Origin: Microcoleus sp.
GTDB taxonomy: Bacteria; Cyanobacteriota; Cyanobacteriia; Cyanobacteriales; Microcoleaceae
Direction of reading: 5' to 3'
NCBI GenBank assembly: GCA_042408215.1
Contig: JAYFMW010000005.1
Span: 118,880 to 166,879 of the forward strand
DNA: 48,000 nucleotides
Position 1 is the first letter of the stretch. Each line of letters begins with the position of its first letter. Positions 36,196 through 45,913 of the stretch are shown in pieces. The position numbers were made by a program, and so were the translations under genes. Below the pieces are notes generated by a model. It was not told the origin of the DNA, did not search any database, and was given only the letters and a program-made list of their open reading frames with translations.

Positions 36196-37479
36196 ATGGG
36201 TCAATCAGTGAGTGTAACTAATTCCGCTGCACTTTGGCAAAATATTATGGTTTCCGATCGCACCCCGATGATTTCTCCTAACCTTTCTGGAATTTACCGC
36301 GGCATCAGTGAGATTTTTCCCGATCGACCTGATTCTAGCAACCCTGACGAAAATTTGGTCAAACTGCTGACAAAAGCCGATCGACCTTTGCGGATCAAGT
36401 TAGGAATTGACCCAACAGGGACTGACATCCACCTAGGCCACAGCATTTGCGTCCGCAAGCTGCGAGCTTTTCAGGATGCCGGTCACACCGCAGTGTTGCT
36501 CATCGGCGATTTTACCGCAAGAATTGGCGATCCAACCGGAAAATCTGAGACACGGAGCCAGTTGACTCCCGAACAAGTGGCTGAAAATGCCCGGACTTAT
36601 TTAGACCAAGTGCGTCCAATTTTAGACTTTGACACCCCCGGCAGGCTAGAAATTCGCTATAATTCCGAGTGGTTGTCCGGTTTGGACTTGGCGAAGATTT
36701 TGGAGCTCCTAGGCACCATGAGCGTGCAGCAGATGCTCGCTAAAGAGGGATTTGATAATCGCATGGAGCAGGGAACAGCGATTTATTTGCACGAGTTTCT
36801 GTATCCGCTGATGCAGGGTTACGATTCGGTGGCCCTGGAGGCTGATGTGGAGTTGGGGGGAACTGACCAAAAGTTTAATATTGCGGTGGGACGAGATTTG
36901 CAGCGACATTTTGGGATGAAGCCGCAGTTTGGTTTGCTGATGCCGATTTTGATCGGGACTGATGGGGTGCAGAAGATGTCGAAGTCTTTGAATAATTATG
37001 TCGGTTTGTCCGATGACCCGCTGACGATGTATTCTAAGTTGGAGAAAATTGCTGATAGTTCGATCGCCCAATATTTTGAACTATTGACAGATTTGCCTCT
37101 GGATGCGTTGCCGGAAAATCCGCGAGAAAAACAGAAGCTTTTGGCTGTGAATGTTGTCAGTCAGTATTGGGGGAAGGAAGCAGGCGATCGGGCGCAACTC
37201 GATGCAATGGCGCTGGTTAAAGGTGCTGCTGGCGAAGCTGATGCAGTACCGGAGTTTTCTTTGGCAACTGTACAGTTTCCTGCTAAGTTGTTTTATATTC
37301 TGAGTGCTAGCGGACTTTGCAAAAGTAGTGGGGATGGCCGGAAGTTGATGCAGGGTGGTGGGGTGAAGTTGGAGGGCGATAAAGTTTCTGATGTTAACCT
37401 CACTTTTGAATCACCTGCTGAATTGGAAGGTAAGGTTTTGCAAGTTGGGAAAAATAAGTTTGTGCGATTGGTGGATTGA
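36196..37479 (+). CDS. tyrS: tyrosine--tRNA ligase
   Basis: Class I motifs HLGH and KMSKS (KMSKSLNN), a TyrRS-like core ([14 protein letters not shown]) and a C-terminal S4-like domain. The exact start is uncertain. Confidence 0.9.
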   Translation: MGQSVSVTNSAALWQNIMVSDRTPMISPNLSGIYRGISEIFPDRPDSSNPDENLVKLLTKADRPLRIKLGIDPTGTDIHLGHSICVRKLRAFQDAGHTAVLLIGDFTARIGDPTGKSETRSQLTPEQVAENARTYLDQVRPILDFDTPGRLEIRYNSEWLSGLDLAKILELLGTMSVQQMLAKEGFDNRMEQGTAIYLHEFLYPLMQGYDSVALEADVELGGTDQKFNIAVGRDLQRHFGMKPQFGLLMPILIGTDGVQKMSKSLNNYVGLSDDPLTMYSKLEKIADSSIAQYFELLTDLPLDALPENPREKQKLLAVNVVSQYWGKEAGDRAQLDAMALVKGAAGEADAVPEFSLATVQFPAKLFYILSASGLCKSSGDGRKLMQGGGVKLEGDKVSDVNLTFESPAELEGKVLQVGKNKFVRLVD

Positions 37480-37502
37480 GTTGGGATTTGTTAACCGCCA
37501 TT

Positions 37503-37857
37503 GGTGTCAACTTAAGTCTATAACCCTTGATAAATCTCGCTTTGCTCCGAGGCCAGATCCCCCTAAATCCCCCTTAAAAAGGGGAGTAGGGGTTGACTTT
37601 GAGAATAGTCTTTAGTTGATTGAGTTGGGATTTGTTAACCGCCATTGGTGTCAACTTAAGTCTATAACCCTTGATAAATCTCGCTTTGCTCCGAGGCCAG
37701 ATCCCCCTAAATCCCCCTTAAAAAGGGGGACGAAAGAGAATACTCTTGTCCCCCCCTTGTAGGGGCGGTGCCCCCGTGCCCGCCCTCAAGGCGCCGGGGG
37801 GATCTAGACCCGAACCCCAAACAGCAGTCTGTGACTACGTTTGACGTTTTGACACCA
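37503..37857. mobile_element. MITE-like element (same family as 44579-44895) with a duplicated left portion
   Basis: The left end GGTGTCAACTTAAG occurs twice (37503 and 37645). Internal modules are gatccccctaaatcccccttaaaaaggggg and GGGGCGGTGCCCCC. The right end cagcagtctgtgactacgtttgacgttttgacacc parallels the right end of the 44.6-kb copy. Confidence 0.6.
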
Positions 37858-37878
37858 ATCTACTATGAAGTTCTTACT

Positions 37879-38598
37879 ATGAAAGATACTACGATCGCAG
37901 ATAAAATTATTGTGGCTTTGGATGTTGCCAGTCAAGCAGAGGCGATCGCCCTGGTTGACAAACTCCCCGATGTATCTTTTTGGAAAGTAGGTTTAGAGCT
38001 ATTTGTGAGCTCCGGGCCGGGGATTTTGGAAATTTTAAAACAGCGGGGAAAGCGGATTTTTCTGGATTTGAAATTTCACGACATCCCTAATACTGTTGCT
38101 GGCGCTTGTCGGGCTGCTGCTAAGTACAATGTGGATTTATTGACAATCCATTCTACTTGTGGTAAAGATGCTTTGAAAGCGGCGTTGGTTGCTTTGGAAG
38201 AAGGGGCGGCGGCTGTGGATAAACCGAGTCCTAAGTTGATTGCAATTACTCTGTTGACAAGTTTGAATTCCCGACAGTTAGCTTTTGAGTTGAAAGTACC
38301 TTTAGAATTGCCAGAGTATGCTTTGCACATGGCATTGTTGGCGAAAGAAACGGGTTTAGCTGGTGCTGTTTGTTCTCCGCAGGAAGTGGAACAGTTGCGG
38401 ATGAGTTGCGGCGATGATTTTCTGTTGGTTTGTCCCGGTGTGCGTCCAAAATGGGCTGATGGGGGCGATCAAAGGCGATCGATGACTCCAAAGGCTGCGA
38501 TTAATGCGGGTGCGGATTATCTGGTGATTGGGCGGCCGATTACTGCTTCGGATGATCCGGTGGCGGCTTTTGCGCGGATTTGTGAAGAGTTGGGATAA
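37879..38598 (+). CDS. pyrF: orotidine 5'-phosphate decarboxylase
   Basis: [30 protein letters not shown] and LVIGRPI motifs. I moved the start to the ATG at 37879 because the first 37 codons of the tracked ORF are MITE sequence. Confidence 0.9.
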   Translation: MKDTTIADKIIVALDVASQAEAIALVDKLPDVSFWKVGLELFVSSGPGILEILKQRGKRIFLDLKFHDIPNTVAGACRAAAKYNVDLLTIHSTCGKDALKAALVALEEGAAAVDKPSPKLIAITLLTSLNSRQLAFELKVPLELPEYALHMALLAKETGLAGAVCSPQEVEQLRMSCGDDFLLVCPGVRPKWADGGDQRRSMTPKAAINAGADYLVIGRPITASDDPVAAFARICEELG

Positions 38599-38613
38599 AT
38601 AGCCTCAATAATT

Positions 38614-38662
38614 CGGCGGTTGAAACCGCTTCTACACAAACAAAGTCCGCCTGCGCGGACTA
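38614..38662. repeat. dispersed hairpin element (CGGCGGTTGAAACCGC...AGTCCGCCTGCGCGGACT)
   Basis: Short inverted repeats, for example AGTCCGC-ctg-GCGGACT. It lies between pyrF and the R-M cassette. Confidence 0.5.
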
Positions 38663-38728
38663 AGAAATAAAGAAGGTATTTCTCGTTACTGGGCTCTGCC
38701 TCGCTGGTTCAGCTAATGTTTTTTCCCC

Positions 38729-39643
38729 TCAAAAATAGCCTCTTGAAAGCACATCATCTTCGTCGAGTTCATCTTTGCCAATCATCCCTTCAATTTCAGT
38801 TAAAAATCTCAGAAAAACTTCCGGTGCAAAGGGGTTATTGTCGAGATGGTTTACAAAATAATCTCTATTTTTCTTTCTTCCTTCTACTGTACTAAAAGCA
38901 CTTCTGATATTAGACGATAACCGCTTGGCTTTTCTCAGAATTAGTATCTCATCAATAGCTGTGAGTGATGAGCTAATCGGCGACATATCCAGCCATTCAC
39001 ATAGCAAGAAATACTTGGCTCCTGGAACACTCGATTTTACATCTAAGGCAGTTGCCGCGCCCTCTTGAAACATGGTTTTATCAAGATTTGTTTTACACTC
39101 AGCCGCAACATAAGCAATATTTGCCTCGCGGGAGGTACTCTCCTTAAAATCTTGATTGTGAGAGGCTTTCAAAAATATTTTTCTACTAATTGCAAAATCT
39201 TGATCCTTGGCTCGAATACTCATTCCACCACCTTTTGGACTTACTTTTAAACTTGACTCAAATCGTAGTGATGAAAAACACTGTGTTGGGCCAAAGGATA
39301 GTTCTTTGTCCTTTAATGAATCTGCAAAGACGGTTGTAACTAAGATAGGTATAAATTCTTCAATAATTGAGTTATCAAGTTTTAATTGCCCCTTTTGACG
39401 GTACAAAAAATCATGGTCACTGTCAAAAATTAGTTCGAGATCAATGTATCGCTTATAGGAGGTTAGATGGGATATCATATCTGGAACCACTTTCAGATCG
39501 CCACTGATATTTTTAAGGGTTTCCAACCAGTTTATATAGTGTTCGATTGCTTGATTAACACGCGGTTTTTCTGTAGGAGGTAGTTTATTGTTATCAAGCA
39601 ATGCTGCTAGTTTGTCCCCATGTGGATGAGCTAAATTAAACAT
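38729..39643 (-). CDS. putative type II restriction endonuclease (cognate to the adjacent methyltransferase)
   Basis: 304-aa AT-rich ORF. Its ATG overlaps the methyltransferase stop in ATGTTTAA. A possible PD-(D/E)XK-like D...ECK segment is present (KDQDFAI...YVAAECK). I recognise no family. Confidence 0.55.
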   Translation of the reverse strand: MFNLAHPHGDKLAALLDNNKLPPTEKPRVNQAIEHYINWLETLKNISGDLKVVPDMISHLTSYKRYIDLELIFDSDHDFLYRQKGQLKLDNSIIEEFIPILVTTVFADSLKDKELSFGPTQCFSSLRFESSLKVSPKGGGMSIRAKDQDFAISRKIFLKASHNQDFKESTSREANIAYVAAECKTNLDKTMFQEGAATALDVKSSVPGAKYFLLCEWLDMSPISSSLTAIDEILILRKAKRLSSNIRSAFSTVEGRKKNRDYFVNHLDNNPFAPEVFLRFLTEIEGMIGKDELDEDDVLSRGYF

Positions 39644-40904
39644 AAATTTCTTCTTTTTGGTTGATTTTTTCAATAATTTTACGTGAACGCTGCCACTCGA
39701 AATAAGGTGATATCTGTACTTTTTCAGCCTTGTCGATAGCATCCTTAATTTCATATTTTACTTGTTCATCCGCTAGGGAATAAGCGGACTCTAAGGCTTC
39801 TACAGCAATAGTTCTGGCTTGATGTATAGTAAAATAATACTGTAAATTTTCTACTTTTGTAAAGTGCAGTATATCTTCTTTGATAGTTTTTCCATAACGA
39901 TTTACAAAACTTCTTTCTTGACGGATATCTAAACTAAGACCCAATACTTGACTAGCGACTTCTGCAACTAACTCCCCGTTAAAAAAAGGAGTTCCTTTAA
40001 TATTTGATTCTCGACCGACTACAAATATTATTCTACTGTCATGGCTGCATATTCGTAACAATTCTTGCAAAGTATAGGCGATGTCTAAGCAATATTGAAT
40101 TACTGTTAGGAATCTATTACTTCTATGCTTGCGATTAGAACCAAACTCGGATTTTGCCACCTCTAAAATTTTCCAGTTTAGTGCTTCAGTAGAACCGCGA
40201 TACTGCTGATGATAGTTAAACACATTGATATAAGGGGGGGATGTAATCACAAGATTGATACTGGAGTTTTCTAAGGGAACGCTTCTTGCATCGGCATTGT
40301 AGGCATTTATCGGCTTTTCGCTATAGGGTAGGTTAAGCACAAAAGTAGCGAGATTTTTCGCAATGGTGAAAACTCTTGAGTAGGTAACTTTTTTATTTTC
40401 TAAGTCTAGCAATATCACTAATGCTTGATGTAGAATATTAATTATTTTTTCTTCATTATCAACGGCTAAATATACGATTTTATCTATTATATCATTTTCT
40501 GTAAGTTCTTTTTGTATTGTTTGGAAGAGTGGCATTGTCTCCCAGATATCAGTCTTTAGTCGATCGAGAAAACAATTGATACATCTTTCACGCTGTCTTG
40601 GTGAAATGGTGATAAATTTATAAGTGTTAGCGAGGATTAAAGCTGCGGGATTGATTTCTGTTCCGCAGGCTTCCAGTCCTAATCTTCCTGCCTCATATAA
40701 AACTGTTCCACTACCTAAAAATGGATCGAAAATCACACTATTTTTATCGGCATATTTATGAATCAAAGTTTCGATAAACTGGGGGGAAAATTGTCCTTTC
40801 CAAGGAAGTGGATTAGTACGTTGTTTATCTTCAATGTCTAATAGTTCTTGAGGAATTTCTTGTCTATTGATAGGAGTTTCACTGAAAATATTAGATAAAA
40901 CCAT
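39636..40904 (-). CDS. site-specific DNA methyltransferase (amino-MTase, N4-C or N6-A; motif I before motif IV)
   Basis: AdoMet motif I VIFDPFLGSGT and catalytic motif IV ITSPPY lie about 170 aa apart. I moved the start to the ATG at 40904 because upstream codons run through a GGGGCGGGTTT hairpin repeat. Confidence 0.85.
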   Translation of the reverse strand: MVLSNIFSETPINRQEIPQELLDIEDKQRTNPLPWKGQFSPQFIETLIHKYADKNSVIFDPFLGSGTVLYEAGRLGLEACGTEINPAALILANTYKFITISPRQRERCINCFLDRLKTDIWETMPLFQTIQKELTENDIIDKIVYLAVDNEEKIINILHQALVILLDLENKKVTYSRVFTIAKNLATFVLNLPYSEKPINAYNADARSVPLENSSINLVITSPPYINVFNYHQQYRGSTEALNWKILEVAKSEFGSNRKHRSNRFLTVIQYCLDIAYTLQELLRICSHDSRIIFVVGRESNIKGTPFFNGELVAEVASQVLGLSLDIRQERSFVNRYGKTIKEDILHFTKVENLQYYFTIHQARTIAVEALESAYSLADEQVKYEIKDAIDKAEKVQISPYFEWQRSRKIIEKINQKEEIYV

Positions 40905-40949
40905 AATTCGGATTTTTACTTGGCGCGAATTTGTGAATAGATAGAAATG

Positions 40950-41015
40950 CCGGGGCGGGTTTTGTAGATTGTGGGTGAAAATCAGAGATTGTTGGTGAAA
41001 CCCGCCCCTACAAAT
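40950..41015. repeat. hairpin repeat GGGGCGGGTTT...AAACCCGCCCC
   Basis: 11-bp perfect arms about 35 nt apart, between the UDG stop and the methyltransferase start. A related half-site acaaaacccgccc lies at ~29440. Confidence 0.6.
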
Positions 41016-41029
41016 AACGAACAAAAATA

Positions 41030-41716
41030 TTATAATTGCTCTTTAAATTCATCCAATTTAGCCTTGATTACTTGCATATCTTGCCACATATACCATTTCG
41101 GAGTTTCGGGTTCGCGGGAGGGATTTCGTAGCAAGTACGATGGGTGAAAAATTGGCATACACAAACGATTTTCCCATTCTATCCATTGACCTCTAATTTT
41201 ACTAATTGGTCGCTTGTCGCTAAGCAAACCTTTGAGGGCTGTTGCACCGGTTAATAAGATAATTTTGGGGTCTAATATGCGAATTTGTTCGAGTAAGTAA
41301 GGTTTGCAGGCTTCTATTTCTTTTACTGTGGGAGGGCGGTTGTTGGGGGGGCGACATTTGATGACGTTGGCAATGAATACGTCGGTTTCTGTATTGAGTC
41401 CTACTGATTCTAAAATCTTATCTAAAAGTTGACCCGATCGCCCAACGAATGGCAATCCAGTTTCATCTTCGTTTTGTCCCGGCGCTTCTCCCACAATCAA
41501 GATTTTTGCTTGAGGATTGCCGCGCCCGATGACGGCGTGAGTGCGGCTGTTGCCTAATTCGCAGCGGTGACAGCGGTTGCAGTGTTCGGTTATTTGCTGG
41601 ATATTTTGATAAGTGCCCGGAGGAATGGGAATTTTGACATTTGTCGGTATTGAGTCGGTTACGAAAGAGGTATTTTGACTGGTGTCAAAAAGGCTGAGTT
41701 GCAAGTCGCTGGACAT
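41030..41716 (-). CDS. uracil-DNA glycosylase, family 4
   Basis: CNRCHRCEL Cys cluster, GEAPGQNEDETGLPFVGRSGQLL and HPSYLLRNP motifs. Confidence 0.85.
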   Translation of the reverse strand: MSSDLQLSLFDTSQNTSFVTDSIPTNVKIPIPPGTYQNIQQITEHCNRCHRCELGNSRTHAVIGRGNPQAKILIVGEAPGQNEDETGLPFVGRSGQLLDKILESVGLNTETDVFIANVIKCRPPNNRPPTVKEIEACKPYLLEQIRILDPKIILLTGATALKGLLSDKRPISKIRGQWIEWENRLCMPIFHPSYLLRNPSREPETPKWYMWQDMQVIKAKLDEFKEQL

Positions 41717-41883
41717 ATATTTAACGATCGGGGAGATTTTTTTGATGCTAGAATTTATAGTGTATATCGGGTTGAGTGATTTGAGATTGGCAAAAAGCTT
41801 GTATGCGATGCAGTCGATCGCAAAATCTCAAATTGTTACTCTCAAATCTACAATTGTTTGGTAGAGCTCGTACAGGCAGGAAT

Positions 41884-42555
41884 ATGTTCTCTAACCCGTT
41901 GTTTGATAATCGCGCCGATGCTGGCGAAAGACTCGCCGCAGCAGTTTTCGCAGAGATCGGAAAATTGAATTTAACCGCACCAGAGGCTGTTAAACCGATT
42001 GTTTATGCTTTACCACGGGGGGGTTTGCCGATTGCAGTGCCCATAGCCCGCTTGTTGGGTTGTCCTTTGGATGTGGTTGTGGCCAAGAAAATTACTCGTC
42101 CAGATAATCCAGAATACGCGATCGGGGCTGTAACTGCTGATGGGCACGTTATATGGCAAAAGCAAAAGTCGCGCAATTTTCGCTTTCAAACTCTAGCACT
42201 CCAGCAGGCTCAAGATAAAGCCCAATCTCTACTGGCAGATTTGGCTCCGGGATGCCCAAATGTCAGCGCTGCGGGGGCTTTGGCGATTTTGGTGGATGAT
42301 GGGATTGCGACGGGGATGACGATGGCTGTGGCGGCGAAGGCTTTGCGGGCGCAGCAGCCGGCGGCTTTGTGGATTTGTGTGCCGGTTGCACCGGAGGATT
42401 TGCTAGAATTTTTGGAGGAAATGTGCGATCGCGCGATCGTCCTGGAAACCCCAGATCCTTTTTACAGTGTGAGTCGCTTTTATGGGGAATTTCCGCAGGT
42501 TGAGACGGAAGAGGTTTTAAGGTGTTTACGGCAACAAAGTGAGTGGCGATCGTAA
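41884..42555 (+). CDS. phosphoribosyltransferase family protein
   Basis: PRPP-binding loop ILVDDGIATGMTM. The start is set at the ATG at 41884 (MFSNPLFDNRADAGERLA). Confidence 0.8.
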   Translation: MFSNPLFDNRADAGERLAAAVFAEIGKLNLTAPEAVKPIVYALPRGGLPIAVPIARLLGCPLDVVVAKKITRPDNPEYAIGAVTADGHVIWQKQKSRNFRFQTLALQQAQDKAQSLLADLAPGCPNVSAAGALAILVDDGIATGMTMAVAAKALRAQQPAALWICVPVAPEDLLEFLEEMCDRAIVLETPDPFYSVSRFYGEFPQVETEEVLRCLRQQSEWRS

Positions 42556-42597
42556 GTTAAGCTAGAAGGCTAAATCCAAAAGTTCGATCGCTAACTC

Positions 42598-42888
42598 ATG
42601 AGACCTTGGCAATTTTGGTTGGATACTTTGATTCTGTCTAGTCAGCACAATCCTCCTCGTTTTGTTGAGTTGGTGATGTTGATTTTGGCGATGATGTTAT
42701 TGGGAATCTGGAGTGTGACAGCGCAGTGGCCATATTTAGTGCTGTCTCTGAGTTATATAATTGGCTCGTCTTTTTCAATTTTGGTGCGGGAATCCCTCGG
42801 CCCGCGGCCTCAATTTCAGCTAACTCATTTGACAGCAGTGCTGTTGTTAATTATTAGTTTTTATAGTTTTGCTGAACTGATTAGATAG
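42598..42888 (+). CDS. small hypothetical membrane protein
   Basis: 96-aa ORF with three hydrophobic segments. Confidence 0.45.
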   Translation: MRPWQFWLDTLILSSQHNPPRFVELVMLILAMMLLGIWSVTAQWPYLVLSLSYIIGSSFSILVRESLGPRPQFQLTHLTAVLLLIISFYSFAELIR

Positions 42889-42903
42889 GTAAATCCAGGG
42901 AGA

Positions 42904-42973
42904 CAAAAACCCGGTTTCTTAACCTAATTGTGTGATTTGAGGTTGATAACGATCGCCAGAAACCGGGTTTTTT
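42904..42973. terminator. bidirectional terminator-like hairpin of the AAACCCGGTTTCT family between convergent genes
   Basis: CAAAAACCCGGTTTCT ... AGAAACCGGGTTTTTT forms a ~15-bp stem flanked by an A-tract and a T-tract. Confidence 0.55.
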
Positions 42974-42991
42974 CGGTTGTTCTATTTAGGG

Positions 42992-43363
42992 CTAATGAGA
43001 TTGATGTAAAATTAAGCGGTTGCCGGCGGGATCGAAGGCGTAGATTTCGCGGCCGTGAGAAGCTGTAATAATTTCTCCCGGTGGCGGACACCCTAAAGTC
43101 CAAATTCGGGCGATCGCAATTTCGATGTCGCTGACTTCCAAACACAAACTCATGCCTGTTTTTGCGCGGCCTGCAAATTCTGATTTATGGGAATCCTTGG
43201 GTTTGAATATGCCAAGTCTTAACCCCGGCAGTTGAAATTCAGCATAAGTATTCGGGATGTAAGGATTCGGTTCTAGGTCAAGAAATTTTGTGTAAAATTT
43301 GACGAGAACTTCATTATTAAGGTCTGCTAACGTAACTAGGGCGGCGCTGTACAGGAAACTCAT
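42992..43363 (-). CDS. VOC (glyoxalase/bleomycin-resistance fold) family protein
   Basis: 123 aa from MSFLYSAALVTLADLN... with a typical VOC pattern (...GLRLGIF...SLCLEV.D...). The upstream part of the tracked ORF is AT-rich repeat sequence. Confidence 0.75.
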   Translation of the reverse strand: MSFLYSAALVTLADLNNEVLVKFYTKFLDLEPNPYIPNTYAEFQLPGLRLGIFKPKDSHKSEFAGRAKTGMSLCLEVSDIEIAIARIWTLGCPPPGEIITASHGREIYAFDPAGNRLILHQSH

Positions 43364-43451
43364 ATTATTGGGAAGGAAGAAGGAAGAAGGAAGAAGGAAC
43401 AAAAAATATATTATCATATTCTGATACAACAAATACAACAAGTATTTTTTT

Positions 43452-43919
43452 ATGGAAATCACAAATTTTATTGCCCTGTCTGTCATTGTTGCGGCCGTGT
43501 TGGGGATTGGCTTGGGAACAATGACTTGGGCTTACTTCGGCAAGGGCAGCATTTCTGTGTTGTTTAAAGAACCAATTTTAAGTTCGCCAGAATTTCTAGC
43601 TACCGATGCTGGTAGCAAAGCCTCGGTTTATTTTCAAGCAGGAATTGAGGCTTATCAATCGGGAAATTATCGAAAAGCTAAAGACAAATTTAGCAGTGCC
43701 ATACAACTTGTTTCTACTTGGGCGGAAGCTTACCACAATCGCGGTTTAGCTTGTGCTAATTTGCGATCGGACGACGATGCGGTGGCAAATTTAATCAGTG
43801 CGAGCGAGTTTTACCAACAGCAGGGGAATGGATTTGCGATCGACCTAATCAAACAAAACCTTGCCGCCTTAAAGCAGCGGAAATTAGAACGGGAAAAGCA
43901 AAAAGCCATAAAAAAATAG
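43452..43919 (+). CDS. membrane-anchored TPR-repeat protein
   Basis: N-terminal TM helix. TPR-like segments are present (YFQAGIEAYQSGNYRKAKDKFSSAIQL, AEAYHNRGLACANL). Confidence 0.7.
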   Translation: MEITNFIALSVIVAAVLGIGLGTMTWAYFGKGSISVLFKEPILSSPEFLATDAGSKASVYFQAGIEAYQSGNYRKAKDKFSSAIQLVSTWAEAYHNRGLACANLRSDDDAVANLISASEFYQQQGNGFAIDLIKQNLAALKQRKLEREKQKAIKK

Positions 43920-43927
43920 AATACTAA

Positions 43928-43958
43928 GAACCCCGACTTCTGGGGGAAGTCAGGGTTC
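43928..43958 (+). terminator. hairpin GAACCCCGACTTC-tgggg-GAAGTCAGGGTTC (possible terminator; related to the 8093 palindrome)
   Basis: 13-bp stem with one mismatch, 9 nt after the stop codon. There is no clear T-tract. Confidence 0.4.
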
Positions 43959-44016
43959 TAACAGCGATGGAATTTTACTTTTGCTTTCGGTCAAAATTTG
44001 ATATTATCCCTGGATT

Positions 44017-44343
44017 TTAAACTTGTCTACCATTTTCGATTATGTCAATTTTAGCAATCAGCATTTCTCGGCTAAATGCAACGACTCGATAATTAGTAAT
44101 TGGATCGTAGGCTTCCCATTCTTGAGTCACTTCGCTGTCTTGCCACAAAAACCATTCTCGGTAAATTTCGCCGTCATCAATATCGCCACACAGAGGAAGC
44201 CAATCATCTCCTGCTAAAGTATCAACATCTCCTCCTACTAAGTCTAGCCAAGCCGCAGCAATACAAGAGTCAATAGCGTTACGATCGAAATTAACTGTGT
44301 TAGACTGTATAGAGGTTTCGGGGAAGCAAAAAGTGGATTTCAT
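44017..44343 (-). CDS. hypothetical acidic protein
   Basis: 108-aa ORF rich in D, E and W. No recognisable motif. Confidence 0.5.
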   Translation of the reverse strand: MKSTFCFPETSIQSNTVNFDRNAIDSCIAAAWLDLVGGDVDTLAGDDWLPLCGDIDDGEIYREWFLWQDSEVTQEWEAYDPITNYRVVAFSREMLIAKIDIIENGRQV

Positions 44344-44578
44344 AAATCTTTCCTAAACGTTATGTTATTAATTTATGAAATTTTTAGGACTGGTGGCGAT
44401 CGCAAAATGCCACTATCTCAACCTCCACATTCCCCGGTCAAGAAACCGTGACAGCCGATCGCACTCCAATGCCGATGGTGTATAACTTGAGAGTGCTTTG
44501 GCGTCCACTCCCAGCCTTGGCTGAATTTAGCCAATTCTCCAACTGGCACAGGCGATGGGACTTCCCTCTTCTCAAGGA

Positions 44579-44895
44579 GTGTCAACTTAAGCCTGAAAGC
44601 CATGAGAAATCTCGCTTTCACCCCAGTCTAGATCCCCCTAAATCCCCCTTAATAAGGGGGACGAAAGAGAAGATTCCTGTCCCCCCCTTAAGAAGGGGGA
44701 CGAAAGAGAAGATTCCTGTCCCCCCCCTTAAGAAGGGAGTAGAGTGTGAGTAGGGGTTGACGAAAGAGACTCTTTCTCCCCCCTTGTGAAGGGGGGCCGG
44801 GGGGGATCTTAGAGTTTGAAAACACGCCCTAGGGGGGATCTAAGTTTAATAGTCAAACAGCAGTCTCTGACTGAGTTTAACGTTAAGTTGACACC
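44579..44895. mobile_element. ~317-bp MITE with terminal inverted repeats GTGTCAACTTAA / TTAAGTTGACAC
   Basis: The left end is GTGTCAACTTAAG and the right end is CGTTAAGTTGACAC. The interior contains the gatccccctaaatcccccttaataaggggga hairpin and a 2x direct repeat gacgaaagagaagattcctgtccccccc(c)ttaagaaggg. It has no coding capacity. Confidence 0.65.
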
Positions 44896-44931
44896 TCTTC
44901 CCTCTTCCTTCTTCCCTCTTCCTTCTTCAAA

Positions 44932-45795
44932 ATGCTAGAACTTCACTGTCACACGACTTATTCCGACGGTACTCTCACCCCTGCTGAACTCGTAGCCGCC
45001 GCTGCTGCGTCAGGAGTTCAGGCTTTAGCCGTCACGGATCATGATACTATCTCCGGCTGGGACGAAGCCTTCGCCGCCGCTGGCTTGTACAATATAGAAA
45101 TAGTGCCTGGGCTCGAACTCAGTACAGTTCATAATGGTCGATCGCTGCACATTTTAGGTTTTTATCCCGATGGAAATAAGTTGCGAAATCCTTTGAACGA
45201 TCGCCTGGAAGGAAGATTTCGCCGATCGCAGGAAATGGTGGACAAATTAGCAGCAATGGGATACCCGATCGAACTGGCAAAAACCTCCCCAGGAATGGCA
45301 CCGGGAAGGCCTCATATTGCCTCTGCATTGGTAACAGCAGGTTACGCCAAATCATCGCGGGAAGCCTTCGATAAGTGGCTGGGAGATGACGGCCCAGCTT
45401 ACGTTCATTACGAGAAATTCTCGATCGCCGAAGGCATTGATTTATTGCGAAGTTGTGGCGCAGTACCAGTCTGGGCTCACCCTTATTTATTTCGCGGCGG
45501 AGTTGTTGAGGAAGTATTAAAAGAATTAGTAGATGCTGGTTTAATGGGAGTTGAAGTATACCATCCCAGCCACAGTTCCAGCCAAATAGAAAAATTGAAG
45601 AAATTGTGTCTTGATTACGGTTTGTTGGTAACTGGTGGCAGCGATTATCACGGCCCAGATCTCGAAAGGAATGAAAGAAAAGGAATTCAAAGTACCGCCC
45701 TTAATATGCTGCATTTACCCTTAGAATTACTGGAACCAGTTAAAGTTGCTGCGGCAAGTTTGAAGGAGTTGGCAAGTGTGAGTATTACTACTTAA
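44932..45795 (+). CDS. PHP-domain phosphoesterase (TrpH/YciV-like)
   Basis: LHCHTTYSDGT and AVTDHDT at the N-terminus, with later AHP and GSDYHG metal-binding motifs. Confidence 0.85.
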   Translation: MLELHCHTTYSDGTLTPAELVAAAAASGVQALAVTDHDTISGWDEAFAAAGLYNIEIVPGLELSTVHNGRSLHILGFYPDGNKLRNPLNDRLEGRFRRSQEMVDKLAAMGYPIELAKTSPGMAPGRPHIASALVTAGYAKSSREAFDKWLGDDGPAYVHYEKFSIAEGIDLLRSCGAVPVWAHPYLFRGGVVEEVLKELVDAGLMGVEVYHPSHSSSQIEKLKKLCLDYGLLVTGGSDYHGPDLERNERKGIQSTALNMLHLPLELLEPVKVAAASLKELASVSITT

Positions 45796-45913
45796 TTTTT
45801 GCTACAGGGAGAGAGACTTAAACCAGAATATTAATTAATATGAATTAAAACACAATTGCCAGGGAGTTAATTGTATAATGGTAGCAACCTTAAATTGCTT
45901 AGCGGAGTGTGTC

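Noticed and set aside
37768-37878. N-terminal 37 codons of the tracked pyrF ORF
   Set aside because: The sequence is MITE-derived (the same modules occur at 44.7-44.9 kb), and the PyrF homology starts at [16 protein letters not shown].
44448-44753. 101-aa ORF with PPLRRGTKEKIPVPP repeats
   Set aside because: It is a translation of the MITE interior and its direct repeats.
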